Below, in pieces: positions 29,472-40,002 of a stretch of DNA of 64,000 nt (position 1 is its first letter; each line of letters opens with the position of its first letter). The stretch lies in contig OZ242326.1 of the NCBI GenBank assembly GCA_965208325.1, positions 4,448,001 through 4,512,000 of the forward strand. Reading direction: 5' to 3'. This DNA is from Candidatus Poribacteria bacterium (GTDB lineage Bacteria > Poribacteria > WGA-4E > PCPOR2b). A program made the translations under genes and the position numbers. The notes under the pieces are model-generated. The model saw only the letters and a list, made by a program, of their open reading frames with translations. It had not been told where the DNA came from and ran no database searches.

Positions 29472-29717
29472 TTAAGTATCGTCGTCCTCCGTGTCGAACG
29501 GCGCAGTTGAAAGATTGTCATCGTCTAGCTCAACTAACTGTTGAACGCGAAGTTCTGCGTTTTCAAGTTTTTGACGACAAATTCGCGTTAGCCGGATTCC
29601 CTCTTCAAATGCTTGCAAAGATTCGTCCAACGTTAATGAATCGCCGCGCTCCAATTGGGTAACAACTTGCTCCAATTTCGCCAAAGTTTCCTCAAAACTC
29701 AACTCTTCAGCCATCAA
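29472..29717 (-). CDS. xseB: Exodeoxyribonuclease VII small subunit
   Basis: SFEE.L..LE..V..LE.G, LDESL..FEEG. Confidence 0.93.
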   Translation of the reverse strand: MMAEELSFEETLAKLEQVVTQLERGDSLTLDESLQAFEEGIRLTRICRQKLENAELRVQQLVELDDDNLSTAPFDTEDDDT

Positions 29718-31092
29718 CTTCTCCTTTTAAAATTTCACATGCTAACCAACCGCGCAATAGTTGGACTTCGACCTCCTCACCGGCGTTAACTGCGGCGGCA
29801 TCCGTGATTGTCTTTCCGCTTAAATCCTTGCAAACACTATAACCTCGCGCCAAGGTGCCCAGTGGACTTAGTGAATCCAGCCGGGTTGATGCCATCTGCC
29901 AGTTCTGCTTTTTTGCAAATAATTGTTGCCGTATGTGCATCTGATGACTCTGACTCAATTGATCTAGCCGATTGCTCAGCGTTTGGATTTCGGACAGCGG
30001 ATTCAGATGCAGCAGTTTAGTATTTAGCGTATCAAGTTGCTGGCGCGAATACTCCAGCCGCTGCCTTGATGCCCGTTGGCTGCGGAGTTCAAGCTGATCA
30101 ATCATCTGTTGATGACGGTTGAGTCTATCAACTTGGCGTACCGGTGATATACGGTTTCTGGCGGCAACCAACCCGGCTTTTGCCGACTCGATTCGTACGG
30201 CTATGCTCTGCTTTAAGCGCGATTCAAAATCAGCCATCCGCCCCCGAAGTTCCTGCCCATCCGGGACGATGAGTTCAATTGCTGCGGATGGGGTTGGCGC
30301 ACGATGGTCTGCGGCGAAGTCCGCAATGGTAAAGTCGGTTTCATGCCCTATTGCAGATACTATCGGGATACGCGAAGCAAAAATGGCACGAGCGACAATT
30401 TCTTCGTTGAAAGCCCACAAATCCTCAATGGATCCGCCTCCGCGCCCGACAATTAGGAGATCGATATCAGGCAAGCGATTCATACAATCAATGGCGTGGG
30501 CAATCTCGCCTGCGGCATCTTCACCTTGAACCAGTGTTGGAAAAAGAAGTACGTTCACTAACGGGTAACGTTTTTGCAGCATACGAAACATGTCGCGGAT
30601 TGCCGCTCCTGTTGCAGATGTGATGATGCCGATTTTTTTAGGGAATCTCGGCAGCGGTTTCTTGTGCGCCGTATCAAAAAGACCTTCGGCAGCGAGTTTT
30701 TCCTTTAGCCGCTCGAAAGCCAACTGCAATGCGCCGATTCCAGCGGGTTCCGCCCAATCCGCGATGATTTGATATTCGCTGCGCACATCATAAATGCTGA
30801 GTTTACCGTGCAAGCGCACGGCGTCGCCATCTTTCATCGAGAATCTTAAGCGCGATGCGGCGGACCGAAAGATAGCACATCGAATTTGGCTGTGGTCATC
30901 CTTGAGGGTAAAGTAGATATGCCCGGAAGAGGGCCGGGCTAAGTTTGAAATTTCACCCTCAATCCAAAGATCCTGCAATTTCGGTTCGGATTCCAAAAGT
31001 TGGCGGAAAATCCGTGTTATCTCGTGTACGCTGTATACTTTGGTTGCGGGATCTATTGAGACGGTGTTCATATTATTCATGTGTTGTGACAA
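29707..31092 (-). CDS. xseA: Exodeoxyribonuclease VII large subunit
   Basis: GEISN..SGH.YFTLKD, RGGGSIEDLWAFN, GHETD, TPSAA. Confidence 0.97.
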   Translation of the reverse strand: MSQHMNNMNTVSIDPATKVYSVHEITRIFRQLLESEPKLQDLWIEGEISNLARPSSGHIYFTLKDDHSQIRCAIFRSAASRLRFSMKDGDAVRLHGKLSIYDVRSEYQIIADWAEPAGIGALQLAFERLKEKLAAEGLFDTAHKKPLPRFPKKIGIITSATGAAIRDMFRMLQKRYPLVNVLLFPTLVQGEDAAGEIAHAIDCMNRLPDIDLLIVGRGGGSIEDLWAFNEEIVARAIFASRIPIVSAIGHETDFTIADFAADHRAPTPSAAIELIVPDGQELRGRMADFESRLKQSIAVRIESAKAGLVAARNRISPVRQVDRLNRHQQMIDQLELRSQRASRQRLEYSRQQLDTLNTKLLHLNPLSEIQTLSNRLDQLSQSHQMHIRQQLFAKKQNWQMASTRLDSLSPLGTLARGYSVCKDLSGKTITDAAAVNAGEEVEVQLLRGWLACEILKGEVDG

Positions 31093-31132
31093 TCATTATG
31101 AGGTTCGTTTGAAACATAACCCCTATTTCTAA

Positions 31133-31508
31133 GAGCTTGTTTGAATTTATGGGTGACAAAGCCATTCTTGGACGTTTGAGTTGCAACAACCGGTGGAACT
31201 TCTTTGCCGCGGAATATACTATCGCCTTCGTTGTTTGCTCAGTTTTTTCTATTCGGTTGCTTGAGTCCCTCCTACGAGTTGCGGCGGCACGCGCTGGGCA
31301 AGGAAGATTTCTATCGCACTCCTTATTCAGTCGCTTGATCCCCTCCTACAGCGCGTGGCGGTACACGCGGGGCAAGGAAGATTTCTATCGCACTCCTTAT
31401 TCAGTCGCTTGATCCCCTCCTACAGGGCGTGGCGGTACACGCGGGGCAAGGAAGCGCCGCCTACAGCGCGTGGCAGCGCACTCCATAAATGAATTTTCAA
31501 ACAGGTTC
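31133..31508. mobile_element. MITE-like element family B, copy 2, flanked by TAA; contains 74 bp tandem units
   Basis: TAA-GAGCTTGTTTGAA...TTCAAACAGGTTC-TAA. Confidence 0.72.
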
Positions 31509-32302
31509 TAAGCGTTTTTGTTAAACGGGTGGCGGATCCGTTGAATCGAGATAGCTTTGCCGGTTTTTTCATCCAGTTCGAGTACAACGGCGCAAAGCAT
31601 CACATCGTCATCAGCGACCTTATGGCGAACTGGCAGCATGGTCAGAAACCGGCGGAGGACAATGTCTTTTTTCATGCCGATAACTGAGTCGTGAGGACCT
31701 GTCATACCGACATCCGTGATATAAGCGGTACCTTGGGGCAGAACTCGCTCGTCGGCGGTCTGCACATGGGTATGTGTGCCAATGATGGCACTTACCTTCC
31801 CATCGGCATACCATCCCATTGCGATTTTCTCCGATGTTGCTTCCGCGTGGAAATCCACAATAACTAGTTTTGTCTGTGCGCGAATTTGCGGGAGGATGAT
31901 ATCCAGTGTGTGAAAAGGATTCTCGTAGTTCTCCATATAAACTTGCCCGGCGATATTGATAACACCGATTTCCACCCCGGCATTAGTGGTGGCGACGATG
32001 CTGCCACGGCCGGGTGTGTTTTTCGGAAAGTTCGCCGGCCGTATGAGATTTGGCACGGTATCAATAAACTCAAAAACTTCCCGCTGCGCCCAAACGTGGT
32101 TCCCGGTTGTAATCACGTCAACGCCCCACTCAAACAGTTCATCAACAATTGCTCGAGTTACTCCTTTACCGCCGGCGGCGTTTTCAGCGTTGGCGATTAC
32201 AGCGTCGAATGGACCATGTTTTTGAGTTAAAATAGGCATGAGTGCCAGAGCGGCTTCCCGCCCAGGCCGCCCAACAATATCGCCAATGAATAAGAATTTC
32301 AA
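31508..32302 (-). CDS. ymdB: YmdB/TIGR00282 family metallophosphoesterase
   Basis: GDIVGRPGR, NAEN, GNH, DFHAEATSEK, GTHTHVQTAD. Confidence 0.93.
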   Translation of the reverse strand: MKFLFIGDIVGRPGREAALALMPILTQKHGPFDAVIANAENAAGGKGVTRAIVDELFEWGVDVITTGNHVWAQREVFEFIDTVPNLIRPANFPKNTPGRGSIVATTNAGVEIGVINIAGQVYMENYENPFHTLDIILPQIRAQTKLVIVDFHAEATSEKIAMGWYADGKVSAIIGTHTHVQTADERVLPQGTAYITDVGMTGPHDSVIGMKKDIVLRRFLTMLPVRHKVADDDVMLCAVVLELDEKTGKAISIQRIRHPFNKNA

Positions 32303-32366
32303 TAATTGTTCCGTTCTTTACGTATTTAATTGACAACAAGGACCGAAACAGCGATGCGGTTTGCGG

Positions 32367-33134
32367 TCAGACTGCCGTCCAACCGCCATCGACAACGAGT
32401 GTGTGTCCGGTAATCATACTGGCGGCATCGCTGGCGAGATACAGCACCGCAGCGGCAATTTCCTCCGGTTCAGCGAGGCGCCCAATCAGAATTTTTTCAA
32501 GCGTCATCTCGCGAAACGTCGGGTTTTGCATTGCCTCTTCCGCGAGCGGTGTTCGTGTAACGGTGGGCGCAACGGCGTTTACGGTAATTTTGTGCGGCGC
32601 CCACTCTGCCGCCAACGCCTTTGTAACTTGACACACGGCCCCTTTCGCGCCACAGTAAGGGGCACGCAGGGGACCTCCCACGATGCCGACCTGTGAACTG
32701 ATGTTGACAACCCTTCCCTCAACGCCGTGGTCTATCATCGACTTCGCCGCAACTTGACTCATAAAGAAAGTGCCCTTATAGTTGACATCCACGATGTAGT
32801 CGAAATCATCTTCGGTTACTTCAAGGGCGGGTTGGATTTTGTTGAAACCGGCGTTGTTTACCAGCACATCGACACGCCCAAAGACATCAAGTGTTTTATT
32901 CACGAAATCCCGTATGCTCGAAATCTGTGTAACGTCAAGTTGCCATGCCGCAGCGCGTTGCCCAGCTTGGCGAATCTGCTCCGCCGTTTCCTCCACCTCG
33001 CGCAATGTACGGCTTCCCAAAACTACATCTGCGCTAGCTTCTCCACAGGCGAGCGCGATCGATTTTCCGATCCCCCGCCTCCCGCCAGTGACAAGAACGA
33101 CCTTGCCGCTCAAGGAGAGATTGGTCAACCCCAT
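32367..33134 (-). CDS. Short-chain dehydrogenase/reductase
   Basis: TGGRRGIG, NNAG, YCGAK. Confidence 0.92.
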   Translation of the reverse strand: MGLTNLSLSGKVVLVTGGRRGIGKSIALACGEASADVVLGSRTLREVEETAEQIRQAGQRAAAWQLDVTQISSIRDFVNKTLDVFGRVDVLVNNAGFNKIQPALEVTEDDFDYIVDVNYKGTFFMSQVAAKSMIDHGVEGRVVNISSQVGIVGGPLRAPYCGAKGAVCQVTKALAAEWAPHKITVNAVAPTVTRTPLAEEAMQNPTFREMTLEKILIGRLAEPEEIAAAVLYLASDAASMITGHTLVVDGGWTAV

Positions 33135-33172
33135 AGGATTATGATCCTTTTCAACCTACTTGATATCAATGC

Positions 33173-34222
33173 TTACGCCGCCACATGAATATGGGCATGC
33201 GACGAATCGGTGACGCGTCCAATTACAGCCGCTTCCGGGCAATCTCGCTCATGCAACACTGCCAGCGCCGAATCTGCATCAGCCTCTGGCAATGCAAAAA
33301 GCAACCCGCCGGAGGTTTCCGCTTCCATCAAAATATGGCGCATTTCCTCCGAGACGCCCGAATCAAAAGTTACCATCTGATCGAGGAATTTCGTATTCGA
33401 TTTGTAAGCTCGGGTTTGAATTTTCTTCTTCACGAGCATGGGGGCTTCGTCGAAGTAGGGGACACTCTTGGAAAAGATTTCCAGTGTGACGCCGTTGCCG
33501 CTTGCCATCTCTGAGCTGTGTCCAAGCAGACCGTATCCAGTTACATCCGTACAGGCATTTACGCTGAATTTCTGCATAACATCTGATGCAGACCGGTTCA
33601 AACGAGTCATTGATTCTACGACTTGCGGCAAGGCACTTTTACCGAGTTTATTGAATTTTAATCCCGTCGTGAGAATGCCGACACCGAGCCGTTTTGTAAG
33701 AATCAGAACATCGCCGGGTCTTGCACCAAAATTCCTTACTACCCGCTCTGGGTGGATTATGCCGGTTACTGCCAATCCATACATCAACTCGGGGGCATCA
33801 ACCGTATGTCCGCCAACAAGTACGGCGCCTGATTCCTTAACTTTATCCGCACCGCCCCTCATGATGTCACCGAGAATTTCCAGGTCCAACCGGTCTTTGG
33901 GCCAGTATAGAACATTGAGCGCGGTTTTGGGGATGCCGCCCATGCTATAGACATCGCTCAACGCATTCGTTGCGGCGATTTGTCCGAATGTGTATGGGTC
34001 ATCAACGATAGGCGTAAAATAGTCGGTGGTATTGATAATTGCAAGATCTTCGGTGAGTTTATAGACGCCTGCATCGTCCGATGTCTCTGTACCGACAAGC
34101 AAATTCGGGTCGTCCATCTCTGGTAGATTATGCAGGACTTGCGCAAGATCCCCCGGATCCAGTTTGGATGCTCACCCAGCGCATTTGACGGTTTTTGTCA
34201 ATTGGACCTTTTTCTTCGTCAT
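33173..34222 (-). CDS. selD: Selenide, water dikinase, selenocysteine-containing (UGA at codon 17)
   Basis: ATG 34222 with AGGAG RBS reads MTKKKVQLTKTVKCAG-UGA-ASKLDPGDL, in frame with DDAGVY, N.LSD.Y.MG, GGHT, DVTGYGLLGH, TSGGLL. Confidence 0.93.
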
Positions 34223-34243
34223 TGTGTGTTATGCTCCTTTTTG

Positions 34244-35096
34244 CGATTTTTCGTCACGCGTGCGCGGCAAGATGCCGCGCCTACGGTGGGTGCGGTTAAG
34301 GCAATTGAACGATAAGGTGTTGTAATACGATTTTTCGTCACGGGTGCGCGGCAAGATGTCCCGCCTACGGTGGGTGCGGTTAAGGCAGTTGAACGATAAG
34401 GTGTTGCAATACGATTTTTCGTCACGGGTGCGCGGCAAGATGCCGCGCCTACGGTGTGTGCGGTTAAGGCAGTTGAACGATAAGGTGTTGTAATACGATT
34501 TTTCGTCACGGGTGCGCGGCAAGATGCCGCGCCTACGGTGTGTGCGGTTAAGGCAGTTGAACGATAAGGTGTTGTAATACGATTTTTCGTCACGGGTGCG
34601 CGGCAAGATGCCGCGCCTACGGTGTGTGCGGTTAAGGCAATTGAACGATAAGGTGTTGTAATACGATTTTTCATCACGAGTGCGGGATAAGATGTCCCGC
34701 CTACGGTGTGTGCGGTTAAGGCAATTGAACGATAAGGTGTTGTAATACGATTTTTCGTCACGGGTGCGCGGCAAGATGCCGCGCCTACGGTGTGTGCGGT
34801 TAAGGCAATTGAACGATAAGGTGTTGTAATACGATTTTTCGTCACGGGTGCGCGGCAAGATGCCGCGCCTACGGTGTGTGCGGTTAAGGCAATTGAACGA
34901 TAAGGTGTTGTAATACGATTTTTCATCACGAGTGCGGGATAAGATGTCCCGCCTACGATGGGTGTGGTTAAGGCAGTTGAACGATAAGGTGTTGTAATAC
35001 GATTTTTCGTCACGGGTGCGCGGCTAATGCAGTTGAACGATAAGATGTTGTAATACGATTTTTCATCACGGGTGCGCGGCAAGATGCCGCGCCTAC
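34244..35096. repeat. Tandem array of 84 bp units (10 hairpin-bearing units plus one with a 28 nt deletion)
   Basis: Hairpin GCGCGGCAAGATGCCGCGC-CTAC every 84 nt from 34262 to 34934, truncated unit at 35018, last at 35074. Confidence 0.97.
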
Positions 35097-35378
35097 GTGG
35101 GTGTAGCTGTAAATAGATGAATTTTCTAAAAGGTTTTTAAGAGCAAATTAACAAAAACGAATCGCGTTCATGCGTTGAGTACATGAGTTTATTCATCCTG
35201 TTGCGGCATTGAGGGATGAGCGGTCTCTTCACGTGAGAACCGGAGATGCGGCGAGGTTTTATGGCAAATGATAACATACAGCAGGATTGGCGTCAAGACT
35301 ATGTGTTTAGGCGGTGCGCAGTTTACTTGTACTTTGAAATCGACTTGGCAAGCATGACATTCTGCGTTCGCATTACTG

Positions 35379-36128
35379 TCAAGGAATCAATATACGTCCG
35401 CCGCTCGCAACTACTGTTGAGCCGGTCATATAGCTTGATTCTTCGCTTAACAGAAATGCGATCACATTCGCCATCTCCTCGGGTTCACCCATACGTCCCA
35501 TCGGCGTCGCGGCGCACAAGTTTTCAATCATAGCGGGCGAAACCTCATTTACCATGTCCGTTGCAATCAATCCCGGCGCAACCGAATTGATTCGAATGTT
35601 GTGTTGCGCGAGGGGTTCGCAACAGGATTTCGTTAAGGCAATTACACCCGCTTTCGAAGCGGCATAGGCGAGTTGATTCGGACGGACTGCCAGTGCGGCG
35701 ATTGATGATACGTTGACGATTCGTCCAAAATTCCGTTCAATCATTGCGGCCTTAACCGCCCATATAACATTGAAGGTACCCGTCAGGTTGATTGCAATGG
35801 TTCGATCCCACTGTTCAGGCGTCAATTCGTCAAAGTTTGAATCTACCACTGCGCCAGCGTTGTTCACTAGCAAATCTATTGCACCCAAGTTTCCTGCGAT
35901 TTTCCTGGCCATTTTGTTGACGGATTCTCGATCCGATATATCCGCCTGAACGACCATCGCCTCGCGTCCCATCGCACGGATTTGCCGGTATACATCCTCC
36001 GCCTGATCCGCTGCCGTGACATAATGCACGGCGACATTTGCACCTTGAGCGGCTAGCTTTAGCGCTGTCGCTTTCCCAATACCACGGCTGGCGCCCGTGA
36101 CTAGCGCAAGCTTTCCTTCAAATCTCAT
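35379..36128 (-). CDS. SDR family oxidoreductase (FabG-like)
   Basis: TGASRGIG, NNAG, YAASK; AAGGAGG RBS. Confidence 0.92.
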   Translation of the reverse strand: MRFEGKLALVTGASRGIGKATALKLAAQGANVAVHYVTAADQAEDVYRQIRAMGREAMVVQADISDRESVNKMARKIAGNLGAIDLLVNNAGAVVDSNFDELTPEQWDRTIAINLTGTFNVIWAVKAAMIERNFGRIVNVSSIAALAVRPNQLAYAASKAGVIALTKSCCEPLAQHNIRINSVAPGLIATDMVNEVSPAMIENLCAATPMGRMGEPEEMANVIAFLLSEESSYMTGSTVVASGGRILIP

Positions 36129-36210
36129 GTATGCCTCCTTTTCTGTCTATATCGGCGGCGGTTGAGTCCGCGTAACTCATCAGTGCGCGCCGGTAATTTC
36201 TGACAATATA

Positions 36211-36789
36211 CTAAAGCGAAATCTGAAGCACTAAAACGGTGCCTGCGACAGCAATTAGTGCTGCCGCGGCAGTTTGTAATATGGTGTGTCTTTTCCGCTG
36301 CACCCTTGCCCAAGCAATCAACGGCAACAACAGAGATAGCCACGCAATTTTCGTATCCACCAATAGAATGAGTATGGTTAACGACCCTGCTGCACTACCG
36401 CAGTGGAAACTGATTTTCCACCGGTGCGTTATCGCTGTAAACACAACTCCGTTTATGGCATAAGCGATGCAAGGCAAAACAATCTGCCGAGGCGCATCAA
36501 ATGATTGCAGGACGAAAATGCCAACCAGCGTGCTTACAAGTGAAAAGTACAACGGCGCCAAACGTTGCTTCCTCACCGCAAGATGAAGGTCGCTCAGGCG
36601 GCCTGACCGCACAAGGGCAAGAATTAAAATGGACGGTAATACTGAGGCGAACAACGTAACCACTAGGATCCATAACATAGCCTGCTGAAGCGAATTCGCG
36701 TAGGTCCAGGCGAGCAATAGGACTGTCGGAACTGGTATAAGAAACGGGCTAAAGATGATTGATATAGCGACAGCGATTCGGTCCAGCAT
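36211..36789 (-). CDS. Integral membrane protein, PAP2-like C-terminus
   Basis: Multiple TM segments, WKISFH, WARV..RH...Q. Confidence 0.7.
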   Translation of the reverse strand: MLDRIAVAISIIFSPFLIPVPTVLLLAWTYANSLQQAMLWILVVTLFASVLPSILILALVRSGRLSDLHLAVRKQRLAPLYFSLVSTLVGIFVLQSFDAPRQIVLPCIAYAINGVVFTAITHRWKISFHCGSAAGSLTILILLVDTKIAWLSLLLPLIAWARVQRKRHTILQTAAAALIAVAGTVLVLQISL

Positions 36790-36866
36790 TTGCGGTACGT
36801 GAGAGGGAGCACGCGCTTCAAAGGTTCAAAAAAGCCAAGGGTTGAATATTCGTTAATTTGATGAAT

Positions 36867-37181
36867 CTATTTGACATTTTCATCGATCCATTTAAGGTAA
36901 TCTGCGTTCCCACCAACGATTGGAACGGATGTCACCTCGCATATCTCGTAGCTGTGTAATTTCCTTACGCTTTCGATGAGTTCTTCCATTAATTCCGATT
37001 TTGTCTTGATGACAAGCTTGGCTTCCTGATCTGACTCAATTTTCCCGTTCCACCAGTAGTATGAATCTACTTGCGGGATGACGTTAACACAAGCGGCGAG
37101 CTTGCGCTCGACCAAAGATTCCGCAATCCGCTTGGCTTCTTCAACGGTCGGAGTAGTCACGAAGGCTATTACGTACTCCAT
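36867..37181 (-). CDS. cutA: Divalent-cation tolerance protein CutA
   Basis: LAACVN, S.Y.W.G, HSYE, YLKW. Confidence 0.95.
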   Translation of the reverse strand: MEYVIAFVTTPTVEEAKRIAESLVERKLAACVNVIPQVDSYYWWNGKIESDQEAKLVIKTKSELMEELIESVRKLHSYEICEVTSVPIVGGNADYLKWIDENVK

Positions 37182-37237
37182 TTGGACCTCCCGTTTCCGT
37201 CTTTTTCATACGCTCATACGACAAGCATGCCCACCTA

Positions 37238-39655
37238 TCAGCTACGAAGTTCCGCATCTAACTCGTCTTCCAGTGTTTTTACAATTCTGTCATGAACCTG
37301 ATCCACAATTTCATCAGTCAGGGTTTGCGTGTTGGAGTGGTATTCGATGGCATAAGCCAGGCTTTTCTTTCCTTCGGGAACTTGCTCGCCTGTGTACAAA
37401 TCAAACAGGCGGATAGAATTAACGTATTTGCCGGCGGCGGACTTAATCACGCTGGTCGGGCGGCTGGAAGGAATGTCCGCATCAAGCACTATTGCAAGAT
37501 CTCGATTGACGCTGGGATAGATTGAAATCGGCTGAAATTCGTTATTCAGATTGGAGGCTTCAACGAGTTCCTCGAAATCGAGTTCGAACAGATAGGCTTT
37601 ATTGGGCAAATCGTAGCGCTCAATTATGTCGGGGTGGATTTCACCCAAAACACAAATTTTCTGCCCGCCTACACGTATTTCTGCGCTGCGTCCGGGATGG
37701 AAGGCGGGGTGTTCGGCTTGAACGATAGTCTCACCGGAAACGCCGCAAACTTCCAGCATGCCCTCGACAATCCCCTTGATGTCGAAGAAGTCCGCCGGGC
37801 GCTGCAGATCGGCGTATACGCCGGTACCGAGGCTGCCAGTAACAATGCCAGCCACACGTTCCAATTCATTCGGATATTCTCCACTCGTTTCGACACTCTC
37901 GGCGGGATCGCTCGGCATGAAAACTTGGGCAATTTCAAAAAGTTGCACATCGATCACCTGATGGTTTGCGTTCCGCTGCGCATTCTCCAGCAAACTGGGA
38001 ATCAGCGTTGTTCGCATGGTTGAGAAATCTTCCACGAGCGGATTTCGAATCTGAAGCGCACCCCGAAGCGGATCGTCAGCGTCTAGCCGTATGCGGTCGA
38101 AAACGTCCGGATGGTAGAACGAGTAATTTATTGCTTCCATCATGCCGCAGTCAAGGAGGTAGGTTTTCACCTGCTGCCGCAGCATCGATTTCGGATCGAC
38201 ACTTGATGTCGGAAGGTTGCCTTGCGGCAGCGCGATTGGGATATTGTCATAACCGTAAACACGAGCGATCTCTTCGATTAGGTCGATTTCTCGGTCTACA
38301 TCGGGACGGAACGTCGGCACTGTGACTTCGAAACCACCGGACACAGTAAAACCGAGACGAGTGAGTATCTCACGCATCAGGTTTGGCGTAATTTCTGTAC
38401 CCAGAACGAAATTGACACGTTCCGGGCGCAACTTAATCCGATTAGGCGTTCGTACACCGGGGTAAACATCAATGATTCCTGCACCGACTTCACCTCCGGC
38501 AATCTCGGCGATAAGTTGTGCTGCTCGATTAATGGCGGGAATAACACCTTCTGGATCAACGCCGCGTTCGAATCGATGGGAAGCTTCGGTGTGCATGCCT
38601 AAATTTTTTGAGGTTTTGCGGATGCTTGTCGGATGAAAATACGCACTTTCGAGCAGGACATCAACCGTCTGCCCGGTAATTTCCGAATCGAAACCGCCCA
38701 TCACCCCGGCGAGCGCCACGGGTTTCTCGGCATCCGCAATAACAAGCATGTCAGAAGTGAGGTTGCGTTCCTCTTCATCGAGCGTCTTTAAGATTTCGCC
38801 GGCTTTTACGCGGCGAACGACGATTCTGTTTTCGCCAAGCCGATGAAAATCAAAAGCGTGCAGCGGCTGCCCAAATTCCATTAAGGCGAAGTTCGTAATA
38901 TCTACGACGTTGTTAATTGGCGCCATGCCAACGGCTTCAAGCCGGCGCTGCAACCAGGTTGGAGAGGGAGCAATTTTAACCCCCCGAATCAGCCGCGCCG
39001 CGTAACGCGGACAAAGATCCGGCGCATCTATTGTGACCGAGGTAAAATCCCGAATGTTCGCGGCGGATTCTTGCACTATGGATTGCGGCGTTTTCAGCGA
39101 ATTGCTTGTTATGACGCTAATTTCCCGTGCAACACCTATCATACTCAGGCAGTCCGGACGATTGGGTGTAATTTCAAGCTCCATCATAACATCGTCCAAA
39201 CCCAGCGCTTCCACGAGCGGCGTTCCTGCCTTTAGATTGTCCGAGAGCTCCATCAGACCTGACGCTTCATCCGATACATTTAACTCACTTTCAGAGCAGA
39301 GCATTCCGTGTGATGGCTCGCCTCGGATGTTCGCAGATTCGACTGTCACCCCGCTCGGCAATTCTGCCCCGACCAAAGCGACAGGTGCGACCAATCCCGC
39401 GCGCGCGTTAGGCGCGCCGCAAACGATTTGTAGGTCTGCGTCCGATCCAACATCGACATCGCATAAAACGAGATTATTCGCCCCCACGTGCTCCCTGACT
39501 GCGTTAATCCTGCCGACCGTGACTCGGTCCAGCCCTTCTCCGAGCCGCTTAACGGATTCGACTTCAATGCCGAGCATCATCAAACGGTCGGCGAGTTCTT
39601 CTGGGGAAAGGTCGAAATCAACGTATTCCTTTAGCCATTTCACGCTTACGTTCAT
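37238..39655 (-). CDS. pheT: Phenylalanine-tRNA ligase beta subunit
   Basis: IVCGAPN, TPNRPDCLS, GQPLHAFD, RFERG, DLIEEIAR, C-terminal anticodon-binding domain. Confidence 0.98.
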   Translation of the reverse strand: MNVSVKWLKEYVDFDLSPEELADRLMMLGIEVESVKRLGEGLDRVTVGRINAVREHVGANNLVLCDVDVGSDADLQIVCGAPNARAGLVAPVALVGAELPSGVTVESANIRGEPSHGMLCSESELNVSDEASGLMELSDNLKAGTPLVEALGLDDVMMELEITPNRPDCLSMIGVAREISVITSNSLKTPQSIVQESAANIRDFTSVTIDAPDLCPRYAARLIRGVKIAPSPTWLQRRLEAVGMAPINNVVDITNFALMEFGQPLHAFDFHRLGENRIVVRRVKAGEILKTLDEEERNLTSDMLVIADAEKPVALAGVMGGFDSEITGQTVDVLLESAYFHPTSIRKTSKNLGMHTEASHRFERGVDPEGVIPAINRAAQLIAEIAGGEVGAGIIDVYPGVRTPNRIKLRPERVNFVLGTEITPNLMREILTRLGFTVSGGFEVTVPTFRPDVDREIDLIEEIARVYGYDNIPIALPQGNLPTSSVDPKSMLRQQVKTYLLDCGMMEAINYSFYHPDVFDRIRLDADDPLRGALQIRNPLVEDFSTMRTTLIPSLLENAQRNANHQVIDVQLFEIAQVFMPSDPAESVETSGEYPNELERVAGIVTGSLGTGVYADLQRPADFFDIKGIVEGMLEVCGVSGETIVQAEHPAFHPGRSAEIRVGGQKICVLGEIHPDIIERYDLPNKAYLFELDFEELVEASNLNNEFQPISIYPSVNRDLAIVLDADIPSSRPTSVIKSAAGKYVNSIRLFDLYTGEQVPEGKKSLAYAIEYHSNTQTLTDEIVDQVHDRIVKTLEDELDAELRS

Positions 39656-40002
39656 TTTCTAACATTGCTCCGTAGAGTGGCTTATAACCAAATGTGTTTA
39701 TAACCCCCTCTAACTCCCCCTTGGTATGGGGGAGGATTGGTATTCCGTCACCGTATGGGATCAACCGGGTGAATAGCGAGGGCGATAGTGTTTATCAGGT
39801 CATCCCGCCGATTCACGAATCGCGGATACAGGAAGCCCAAGCATCCAAATATTGATTCATTGCACAATTATGTGGGAGCGTCCTCCCGGACGCGATAATC
39901 TCTAAATATCGAGGCAAGGATGCCTCTCCCACAGTGAAAATTTTGGCAACCGTCAAACGGCGAATTGCGGCAAGCCAAAGATTTTTCCGTCCCCGCCTAA
40001 GA

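Noticed and set aside
34172..34174. selD as a nonsense pseudogene
   Set aside because: The UGA falls exactly at the catalytic Cys/Sec position and is followed by a hairpin
34219..35082. 287 aa and 209 aa repeat ORFs
   Set aside because: Two frames are open over the same DNA repeat with weak starts; treated as non-coding pending expression data
34244..35096. CRISPR array
   Set aside because: The whole 84 bp unit is repeated; no unique spacers
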